This document shows positions 57,270 through 64,000 of a DNA stretch of 64,000 nucleotides, one piece after another. The DNA is from Dehalococcoidia bacterium (GTDB taxonomy: Bacteria; Chloroflexota; Dehalococcoidia; UBA2979). Positions within the stretch are counted from its first letter, which is position 1, and the number at the start of each line of letters is the position of its first letter. The DNA is taken from NCBI GenBank assembly GCA_009692705.1, contig SHYR01000003.1, positions 5,170-69,169 of the forward strand, in the 5' to 3' direction. The translations under genes were made by a program, and so were the position numbers. The notes beneath the pieces are model-generated. The model worked only from the letters and a program-made list of their open reading frames with translations. It was not told the origin of the DNA and ran no database searches.

Positions 57270-58547
57270 TCACCCCTCCCACATCAGTTCCACCTCGCCG
57301 ATGCGCACCACTTCACCCGCCACTACCCCCTGACGCTGCAGCGCCCGCGCCACCCCCATGCGGCGCAGCCGCTGCAGCAGCTCGTACCGCGCCTCGCGGT
57401 CGTCGAGGTCCAGCGTGCGCGCCCAGTGCTCCACGGAGCGCCCATCCACCACCACCATCCCGCTGCGCCCGTCACGTGTCACGGTAAAACGGGCGCGGCG
57501 TGGCTCCGGCCGTAGCACCGGCAGTGGCCGCTCCGCCGCCTCCACCTCCCGCTGCTGGCGTAGCAGTTGCAGCGTCCGCCGGGCCAGTTCGCGCGTGCCC
57601 TCGGTGGTCAGCGCCGAGATCGTCACCGCCGGTCCGTGCGGCTCTCCTTGTTCTTGCAGCAACTCCAGTTGCGCGCGCCCGTCTGGAAGATCGACCTTGT
57701 TCAGTGCCAGCAACTGTGGCTTTGCATCGAGCCCGTGCCCGAACGCCGCCAATTCGCCGTCAATCAGTGCGCGACCTGCCAGTGGATCGTCAGCGGTGAG
57801 GTCGATCACATGTACAAGCACACGCGTGCGTTCAATATGGCGCAGAAACTCATGGCCTAGGCCTGCGCCCCGGCTTGCACCCTCAATCAGCCCGGGCATG
57901 TCCGCCGCTACGAAGCTCCCACCATCCACCTCTACCACCTCTACCACACCCAGCTCCGGCTCTAGCGTGGTAAATGGATAGGCTGCCACCTTCGGACGTG
58001 CCGCGCTCCACGCGCGCAGTAGTGTCGACTTACCTGCGTTCGGCAGCCCGATCAGGCCGACGTCCGCTAATAGCTTCAACTCGATGCGCAGCTGCCGCCA
58101 TTCCCCCACCTCACCACTCTGTGCGAACTGTGGCGCCTGCCGCGTGGAGGTTGTGAACCGTTTGTTGCCCCAGCCCCCGCGTCCGCCACGACAGATCACT
58201 ACTGCCATACCATCTTCAGAGAGATCCGCTAGCGGCTCCGCTCCCTCGCCGCGCTCCGTGTCCCACAACACGCTACCCACAGGCACACGCAACTCAAGCT
58301 CTGCACCATTAGCCCCGTGGCGCAGCTTCGAACCGCCGTTTCCGCCATCGACGGCGGCGCGTGCCCGCCCGTCGCTGTACTCGCGCAGCGTGGCTCGGCC
58401 GCGGTCGGCGCGTATCACCACGGCGCCTCCGCGACCGCCGTCGCCACCGTCCGGCCCACCGCGTGGCACAAATTTCTCGCGGCGGAATGACACCGAACCG
58501 TCGCCCCCGCGACCAGCGCACACCTCAAACTTGACCGAGTCAATCAC
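57270..58547 (-). CDS. obg: GTPase Obg/CgtA
   Basis: MIDSVKFEVCAGRGGDGSVSFRREKFVPRGGPDGGDGGRGG, GLPNAGKSTLL, DMPGLIEGA and NKVD. Confidence 0.95.
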   Translation of the reverse strand: MIDSVKFEVCAGRGGDGSVSFRREKFVPRGGPDGGDGGRGGAVVIRADRGRATLREYSDGRARAAVDGGNGGSKLRHGANGAELELRVPVGSVLWDTERGEGAEPLADLSEDGMAVVICRGGRGGWGNKRFTTSTRQAPQFAQSGEVGEWRQLRIELKLLADVGLIGLPNAGKSTLLRAWSAARPKVAAYPFTTLEPELGVVEVVEVDGGSFVAADMPGLIEGASRGAGLGHEFLRHIERTRVLVHVIDLTADDPLAGRALIDGELAAFGHGLDAKPQLLALNKVDLPDGRAQLELLQEQGEPHGPAVTISALTTEGTRELARRTLQLLRQQREVEAAERPLPVLRPEPRRARFTVTRDGRSGMVVVDGRSVEHWARTLDLDDREARYELLQRLRRMGVARALQRQGVVAGEVVRIGEVELMWEG

Positions 58548-58636
58548 AACGGGGCATCGAACGCGGGATATACACAGGGTTCTCAGTTCTGATGGTCAAG
58601 ATCACAACTTAGGAGGATTGCAAAGGACAGAGACCA

Positions 58637-58664
58637 TAGTAGTAGTAGTAGGCGCTGTGGATGC
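58637..58664 (+). promoter_or_regulatory. DnaA-trio-like array: (TAG)x5, GC cluster GCGC, DnaA-box-like TGTGGATGC
   Basis: The plus strand reads TAGTAGTAGTAGTAG-GCGC-TGTGGATGC. Read 3' to 5', the repeats are GAT trinucleotides, abutting a box through a short GC cluster. Confidence 0.5.
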
Positions 58665-58798
58665 GTGGAGGGAGATTCCGGCGCGAACCAGCGCGATAAT
58701 GGGTGATGTGTGTACGTGCGTGGATAAAGTGGTGAGGGATCGACGCTGACATGTCTGCACGGAGCTGTTGTGGGAGCGCTGGCTCGTGGATTGGACTG

Positions 58799-58807
58799 TT
58801 ATCCACA
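58799..58807 (+). promoter_or_regulatory. Consensus DnaA box TTATCCACA
   Basis: Exact 9-mer match. Confidence 0.7.
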
Positions 58808-58949
58808 GCGCGCAGCGGTTGCTGCACACGTGTGAGCCGGTTTATCAACCGCTGGCTCACAGTAAACAGCCAACTGCATATGCGGCAAAACTTATACGGG
58901 CTGTAGATGGTGTTGGCTGGGAAATGGGAGGGTGAGTGCCAGGGAACGG

Positions 58950-60293
58950 TCAGGCAACCTCGCGTGCCTGCTCGACCATCTCGCGCAGGCTGCCGATGTC
59001 GCGCTTAATCTCCAGATCGATGTTCTGGGCGCGCTCCATCTTGCGCCATCCGTGGTGCACGGTGGAGTGATCGCGGTGGCCGAGCAAGTCGCCGATCTCC
59101 ACTAGTGAGCGGTGTGCGAGCTCGCGCATTAGGTACATCGCCAACTGGCGTGGGTACGCTACCCGCTTCGCGCGGCTCTTGGATAGCAGCTCCTCGGGGC
59201 TGAGCGTGAAGTAGCGGCAGATCACGCTCATGATCAGCTGCGGTGACGGCGGCAGCCGCGGCTCCGACGCCGCGAGCGACGCGAGCGCGGACTGCACCAG
59301 CGCCGGCGTCAGCGGATCGCCGGTGAGCCGAGAGTAGGCGAACACCCGCGTCAGCGAGCCCTCCAGCTCACGGATGTTGTTGGTGAAGCGCCCTGCGATT
59401 ACGTGCAGCACGTCGTCCGGCACGCGTGCGTGCTGCTCCGCGGCCTTGGCGCGCAGGATCGCGACGCGGGTCTCGATGTCGGGCGCCTGGATGTCGGCGA
59501 TCAGCCCCCACTCGAAGCGGGTGCGCAGGCGCTCCTCCAGCCGCGGGATCAGCGCCGGGCTCTCGTCGGACGTGATTACGATCTGGTGGCCGGCCTCGTG
59601 GAGGTCGTTGAAGGTGTGGAAGAACTCCAGCTGCGTCTGTTCGCGCCCGGCGATGAACTGGATGTCGTCGATTAGCAGCGCGTCGGCCAGACGGTAGCGG
59701 GCGCGGAACTCTTCCTGGCGGCGCTGCTGGATGGCGGTGATCAACTCGCTGGTGAACTGCTCGGAGGAGACCACCACCACGCGCAGGCCGGCCCGCACGA
59801 GGCGGTGGCCGATGGCGTGCAGCAGGTGGGTCTTGCCGAGACCGACGGGACCGTAGATGAAGAGCGGGTTGTACAGCCGGCCCGGCGCCGCCGCGGAGCC
59901 TTCGGCCGCGGCGTGGGCGAGGCGGTTGCCGGGGCCGACGATGAAGTGCTCGAAGGTGTAGCGGTCCCGCAGCCGTGGCCGTCCGCTGGGCGACGCCGGG
60001 GGGACGGCGACCTCTGCCAGCGCAGGGGTGGCCTCCTCGTGGGCGCGCAGCGGTTCGAAGCGGATATCGAGCGGGTCGCCGGCGAGGTCGGTGAGGGTGC
60101 GGATGATCAGCGGGCGCAGGCGCTTCTGCAGCCACTCGGTTACGAACTCGGAGCGCGTGCCCACGACCAGTGCGCCCTCGTTGAGGCGCATGCCTTCGGT
60201 GCCTTCGAGCCAGGTCTCGTAGTTGGCGCGTGAGACGTGCTGCGCCAGGTGGCGTAGCGCTTCGGTCCAGAGGGCTGCGGGATCGGCGGTCAC
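58950..60293 (-). CDS. dnaA: Chromosomal replication initiator protein DnaA
   Basis: GTG at 60293 (VTADPAALWTEALRHL). YNPLFIYGPVGLGKTHLLHAIG, LLIDDIQF, NIRELEG, and C-terminal HTH RQLAMYLMRELAHRSLVEIGDLLGHRDHSTVHHG. The listed start at 60524 runs through the DnaA boxes and is not credible. Confidence 0.95.
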   Translation of the reverse strand: MTADPAALWTEALRHLAQHVSRANYETWLEGTEGMRLNEGALVVGTRSEFVTEWLQKRLRPLIIRTLTDLAGDPLDIRFEPLRAHEEATPALAEVAVPPASPSGRPRLRDRYTFEHFIVGPGNRLAHAAAEGSAAAPGRLYNPLFIYGPVGLGKTHLLHAIGHRLVRAGLRVVVVSSEQFTSELITAIQQRRQEEFRARYRLADALLIDDIQFIAGREQTQLEFFHTFNDLHEAGHQIVITSDESPALIPRLEERLRTRFEWGLIADIQAPDIETRVAILRAKAAEQHARVPDDVLHVIAGRFTNNIRELEGSLTRVFAYSRLTGDPLTPALVQSALASLAASEPRLPPSPQLIMSVICRYFTLSPEELLSKSRAKRVAYPRQLAMYLMRELAHRSLVEIGDLLGHRDHSTVHHGWRKMERAQNIDLEIKRDIGSLREMVEQAREVA

Positions 60294-60365
60294 GACACGT
60301 TGCCCCCGAGGCCCTCGAGCGCCCGACAGGAGCGAGCGCGCCAACCTCACCGTGCGCGAAGCACG

Positions 60366-60396
60366 ATATCCACAGACGCTCAACGTTTGTGGATAT
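60366..60396. promoter_or_regulatory. Inverted pair of DnaA boxes (ATATCCACA ... TGTGGATAT) upstream of dnaA
   Basis: ATATCCACA at 60366-60374 and TGTGGATAT at 60388-60396, 13 nt apart, about 75-100 nt upstream of the dnaA start. Confidence 0.6.
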
Positions 60397-60626
60397 GCCG
60401 TTTCATGAGAGTGACGCCCCCCGGGGGGCCTGATTAGTCCGTCGTTATCGTCGGTCGCGTCCCGCTGCCGCCGACGGGAAACCGAACGGTCGCGAGAGTA
60501 GCACCGCGCGAAAAGCAGGCGCAAGGGTCTTATGTGGAGTCACCTTGCGAAGTCGCCGATCTTGAGATCGCGCGTGCCGTGGGTGGCCGTCGCGCCGCGG
60601 GCGGCGGGGCGCGCTCGGTGCGACGG

Positions 60627-60632
60627 TATAAT
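60627..60632 (+). promoter_or_regulatory. Candidate -10 box TATAAT upstream of coaX
   Basis: cggTATAATcgaag lies 33 nt before the coaX start. No good -35. Confidence 0.3.
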
Positions 60633-60664
60633 CGAAGCCCCGCGCGCCCGGCCGGCAGCTGCCG

Positions 60665-61483
60665 GTGCGTACTGCGAAAGGCGTGGTCGTGAGCGCGTCA
60701 CCGCTGCTGCTCGTGATCGACATCGGCAACACGAGCGTCGCGATGGGCGTGTACGACGGCGACCGCTTGCGGGCGACGTTCCGCATCGCGACCGATCAGG
60801 AGAACCTGCCCGACGAGTACGCGATGCTCGTGCTGTCGCTGCTGCGATCGCATGAGGTCGAGCCGCGCGACGTCGGCGCCGCGGTGGTGTCGTCCACGGT
60901 GCCGCCACTGATCGGCACCTTCCAGCAAGTGTGCCGGCGCTATTTCGATGTGGAGCCGCTGGTGATTGGCATCGGCGTGAAGACCGGCGTGCGCGTGCGC
61001 TACGATAACCCGCGCGAGGTGGGGCCGGACCGCATCCTGCACGCGGTGGCGGCGCTGGCGCGCTACCATCCGCCGCTGGTGATCATCGATGTCGGGACGG
61101 CGCTGGTGTTCGACGCGGTGTCGCGGGAGGGCGATTATCTCGGCGGGGCGATCGCGCCCGGCATCGTGATCGCGTCGCAGGCGCTGTTTGCGCGCGGGGC
61201 GATGCTGCACCGTGTGAGCATCGAGCGGCCGGAGCACGTGATCGGCCGCAACACGGCGCACTCGCTACAGGCGGGCATCTACTACGGCTACGTGGAGATG
61301 GTGAGCGGCATGGTGAGGCGCTTCAAGGCCGAGATCGGCGAGGACGCCACGGTGATCGCCACCGGCGGCTACGCCAGCCTGATCGCCGCCGACGTGGATA
61401 GCATCGATGCGATCGATGAGCACCTCAACCTCGAAGGCCTGCGGCTGGTGTGGCTGGCGAACCGCGCGGCGGTCGGCACGTGA
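60665..61483 (+). CDS. coaX: Type III pantothenate kinase
   Basis: LLVIDIGNTSVAMGVY, NPREVGPDRI, IIDVGTALVFD, GGAIAPG and ATGG. The exact start among several GTGs is uncertain. Confidence 0.9.
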   Translation: MRTAKGVVVSASPLLLVIDIGNTSVAMGVYDGDRLRATFRIATDQENLPDEYAMLVLSLLRSHEVEPRDVGAAVVSSTVPPLIGTFQQVCRRYFDVEPLVIGIGVKTGVRVRYDNPREVGPDRILHAVAALARYHPPLVIIDVGTALVFDAVSREGDYLGGAIAPGIVIASQALFARGAMLHRVSIERPEHVIGRNTAHSLQAGIYYGYVEMVSGMVRRFKAEIGEDATVIATGGYASLIAADVDSIDAIDEHLNLEGLRLVWLANRAAVGT

Positions 61484-62676
61484 GCAGCCCGCTCGCCGGA
61501 CGGCACGTGCTGCTGGGCGTCTCCGGCTCGGTGGCGGCCTACAAGGCCGCCGAGATCGCCAGCCGGCTGGTGCAGGCTGGCGCCGCCGTCGACGTGGCGC
61601 TGACGCCAGCGGCGGCGCGCTTCATCGCGCCGCTCACTTTTCGCTCGCTCACCGGCCGCGAGCCGCACCTCGACCCGTTCGCGCCTCGCGGCGAGGTGGG
61701 GGAGCCGCACGTCGAGCTGGCGCGCGGCATCGACCTAATGCTGATCGCCCCCGCCAGCGCCACCACGATGGCACGGCTTGCGCACGGGCTGGCGGGGGAC
61801 TTCGTCTCGCTGGTGGCGCTCTCGACGCGGGCGCCGCTGCTGCTCGCCCCGGCGATGGACAGCCAGATGTGGGAGCACGCGGCGACGCAGGCGAACCGCG
61901 CCACGCTCGAGGGGCGCGCGGTGCAGCTGGTGGGGCCGGTGGCGGGCCGCCTGGCCTCCGGGCGCACCGGCGCCGGGCGCATGGCCGAGCCGGAGACGAT
62001 CGTGGACGCCGTGAAGGCGCGTCTCGGGCGCGAGCACGGTGACCTCGCCGGCCGCTGCATCGTGGTCACGGCGGGGGGGACGCGCGAGGCGCTGGACCCG
62101 GTGCGGTTCATCGGCAACCACTCCACCGGGAAGATGGGCTACGCGGTGGCGGAGGCGGCGCGCGACCGCGGGGCAGAGGTGGTGCTGATCAGCTCGGCGG
62201 CGCTCCCGGACCCGGTGGGCGTGCGCGTGGTGCGCGTGGAGTCCGCGCTCGAGATGCAGCAGGCGCTGCAGCGCGAGGCCGCCGGCGCGGCGGCGGTGGT
62301 GATGGCGGCGGCGGTGGCGGACTACCGGCCGGCGGAGCCGGCGGCGCGCAAGATCAAACGCGCATCGCGCGCGCGGCTGGAGCTCGGGCTGGTCGAGACC
62401 CCGGACCTGATCGCCTCGCTGCAGGGGCCCTTCATCAAGGTGGCGTTTGCGGCCGAGACCGACGACCTACTGGAAAACGCGCGCCTGAAGCTGGCCGCGA
62501 AGGGCGCGCACCTGGTGGTCGCTAACGACGTCACCGAGCCGGGCTCGGGCTTCGGCACGGACACCAACCGCGTCACGATCCTCGACCGTGACGGTGGTAC
62601 GGACGCGCTGCCGCTGCTCCCCAAGTACGAGGTCGCGGTGCGCCTGCTGGACCGCGTGGCGGCGCTGCTGCGCTAG
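61480..62676 (+). CDS. coaBC: Bifunctional phosphopantothenoylcysteine decarboxylase / synthetase
   Basis: GTG at 61480 overlaps the coaX stop (GTGA). LLGVSGSVAAYKAAEI, PAMDSQMW, TAGGTREALDPVRFIGNHSTGKMG and AAAVADYRP. Confidence 0.9.
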   Translation: MSSPLAGRHVLLGVSGSVAAYKAAEIASRLVQAGAAVDVALTPAAARFIAPLTFRSLTGREPHLDPFAPRGEVGEPHVELARGIDLMLIAPASATTMARLAHGLAGDFVSLVALSTRAPLLLAPAMDSQMWEHAATQANRATLEGRAVQLVGPVAGRLASGRTGAGRMAEPETIVDAVKARLGREHGDLAGRCIVVTAGGTREALDPVRFIGNHSTGKMGYAVAEAARDRGAEVVLISSAALPDPVGVRVVRVESALEMQQALQREAAGAAAVVMAAAVADYRPAEPAARKIKRASRARLELGLVETPDLIASLQGPFIKVAFAAETDDLLENARLKLAAKGAHLVVANDVTEPGSGFGTDTNRVTILDRDGGTDALPLLPKYEVAVRLLDRVAALLR

Positions 62677-62708
62677 CGCCGGGCCGGGTGCTCCGCCGCG
62701 CTGCGGCG

Positions 62709-64000
62709 CTAGCCGCGGGCGCGGCCCAGCACGAAGTGCACCAGCGTGCGCACTGCGGCGCCGGTGCTGCCCTTCACCAGCTCGCCGTGATCGCGGGCGG
62801 AGCTCATCACCCCGGCGATGTCCAGGTGCGCCCACGGCACGTCGCCGGCGAAGCGCTGCAGGAACTTGGCGGCGGTGATAGAGCCCGCGGGCGCGCCGCC
62901 GGTGTTCTTCATGTCGGCGACGTCGGACTTGATCTGCTCCGCGTACTCCTCGTCCAGCGGCATGCGCCAGAGCCGCTCCCCGGCGGCGCCCGCGGCGCGC
63001 TCCAGATCGCCCCAGAGGCGGTCGTCGTTGGCGAAGACGCCGGCCCGCAGGTGACCGAGCGCGGTGGTGATCGCACCGGTGAGCGTGGCCACGTCGACGA
63101 GCGTGGTGCAGCCCTGCGCCCGGGCGTAGGCCAGGCCGTCGGCGAGCACGAGGCGGCCCTCGGCGTCGGTGTTGATGACCTCGATCGATTGCCCGTCCAT
63201 CGCGTAGACGACATCGCCGGGCTTGGTGGCGGAGCCGCCGGGCATGTTCTCGGTGCAGGGCGCGATCGCCAGCACGTTCACGCGTGGTTGCAGGCGCGCG
63301 ATCGCCTGCATGGCCGCGATCACGGCGGCGGCGCCGCTCATGTCGCCCTTCATTGCCTCCATGTTGGCCGCGGGCTTGAGTGAGATGCCGCCGGTATCGA
63401 AGGTGATGCCCTTGCCCACCAGCGCGATGCAGCGACCGCCGCGGCCCCCGCGGTAGCGGAGCACGATGAACTTCGGCGGCTGCACGGAGCCGTTGGCGAC
63501 CGAGAGGTAGGAGCCCATCTGCAGCCGCTCCGCCTCCAGCCGCTCGATGATCTTGCACTCCATGCCGGTGCGCTCCGCGAGCTCCAGTGCGCGGCCTGCC
63601 ATGATCGACGGCGTCATCAGGTTGGCCGGCTCGTTGGCGAGGTCGCGCGCGAAGTTCGTGGCCTCCGCCAGCACCACGCCGGTTTCGACGCCGCGTCGCA
63701 GCGCGGCGGCCGCGTGCGCGCTCGGCGCCACCAGCGTGACCGCCTCGATGCTGCCGCTGACGCGGTCGGCGGCGCGCGTGTGGTGGCGATCGAAGCGGTA
63801 GAGGCCGAGCAGCAGACCCTCGGCGAGCGCGCAGCCGGCGGCCGCCGGGTCGAGGCCGGCGGTGAGGCCCTGCGCGGCGAGCGCCACGCGCGCGGCGCCC
63901 GCCCCGCGCAGCTGGCGCGCGGCCTCCCCGCTGCGAGCGCGCAGGCGGTCGACCGTCCACTGGCCGCGCGGACCGATGCCGAGCACCACCACCCGCTTCG
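62709..64000 (-). CDS. pepA: Leucyl aminopeptidase (M17), N-terminus beyond the right edge
   Basis: VGKGITFDTGGISLKP, MKGDMSGAA and NTDAEGRLVLADGLAYA. The ORF is still open at the window end. Confidence 0.85.
   Translation of the reverse strand, partial: KRVVVLGIGPRGQWTVDRLRARSGEAARQLRGAGAARVALAAQGLTAGLDPAAAGCALAEGLLLGLYRFDRHHTRAADRVSGSIEAVTLVAPSAHAAAALRRGVETGVVLAEATNFARDLANEPANLMTPSIMAGRALELAERTGMECKIIERLEAERLQMGSYLSVANGSVQPPKFIVLRYRGGRGGRCIALVGKGITFDTGGISLKPAANMEAMKGDMSGAAAVIAAMQAIARLQPRVNVLAIAPCTENMPGGSATKPGDVVYAMDGQSIEVINTDAEGRLVLADGLAYARAQGCTTLVDVATLTGAITTALGHLRAGVFANDDRLWGDLERAAGAAGERLWRMPLDEEYAEQIKSDVADMKNTGGAPAGSITAAKFLQRFAGDVPWAHLDIAGVMSSARDHGELVKGSTGAAVRTLVHFVLGRARG

Larger units (their letters stand above)
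58550..58949. other. Candidate oriC segment downstream of dnaA (DnaA boxes plus DnaA-trio-like unwinding element in the lowest-GC stretch of the window)
   Basis: Perfect TTATCCACA at 58799-58807. One-mismatch box at 58719-58727 (CGTGGATAA). Weaker boxes at 58656-58664, 58785-58793 and 58842-58850. (TAG)5 at 58637-58651. Locally AT-enriched at 58560-58640. Confidence 0.5.

Noticed and set aside
58609-58860. 83-aa minus-strand ORF (and the 75-aa ORF at 58602-58829) between obg and dnaA.
   Set aside because: They lie across DnaA boxes and the TAG repeat in the putative origin. There is no ribosome-binding site and no family resemblance.

Overview
By eye this is a very GC-rich (about 70% or more) bacterial chromosomal segment. 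It is densely packed with housekeeping genes and spans the replication-origin region. No rRNA, tRNA, CRISPR array, transposase or phage gene was recognised.

Origin region:
- dnaA lies at 58950-60293 on the minus strand.
- DnaA boxes sit on both sides of dnaA.
- A (TAG)5 / GC-cluster / DnaA-box arrangement at 58637-58664 looks like a DnaA-trio unwinding element.
- Almost every gene left of about 58.6 kb is on the minus strand, so it is co-oriented with a leftward replication fork.

Recognisable content:
- Folate synthesis: folE, folP, folK.
- Threonine pathway: hom, a coiled-coil ORF, thrC.
- Ribosomal and DNA-binding genes: rpsF-ssb-rpsR, rplI, rpsU.
- One-carbon and sugar metabolism: glyA, a PfkB kinase.
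- Replication: a dnaB / DnaD-like / tandem-DnaC-like helicase-loader operon.
- Purine synthesis: purL, purQ, purH, purM, purF.
- Respiration: a b6-type cytochrome b / Rieske operon ending in a cytochrome c-cupredoxin fusion.
- Cell envelope: lgt, an M23 peptidase, murT/gatD.
- Other: xdhC genes, ychF, tsaA, gyrB, nadD, obg, coaX, coaBC, pepA.

Most interesting items:
1. A roughly 8.4 kb sulfur-carrier-protein locus (37.1-45.6 kb). It combines a JAMM protease, a rhodanese, CysM/CysO, a ubiquitin-like-domain-E1 fusion, CysK, an Rrf2 regulator and a ThrC-paralogue/NIL/ThiS-like trio.
2. A covalently duplicated DnaC-like helicase loader.
3. A PgpH/YqfF-family 7TM-HD gene carrying five separate lesions.
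4. Several other frame-disrupted genes: comF, a small membrane protein and a methyltransferase.
5. Several unannotated small ORFs and repeat elements.

Limits: all functional calls rest on motif and family recognition by eye from the translations. No database search was run. Start codons are often ambiguous because the ORF track uses alternative starts and GC-rich shadow ORFs are everywhere. A Chloroflexi/Thermomicrobia-like or similar GC-rich lineage is only a guess from gene content.
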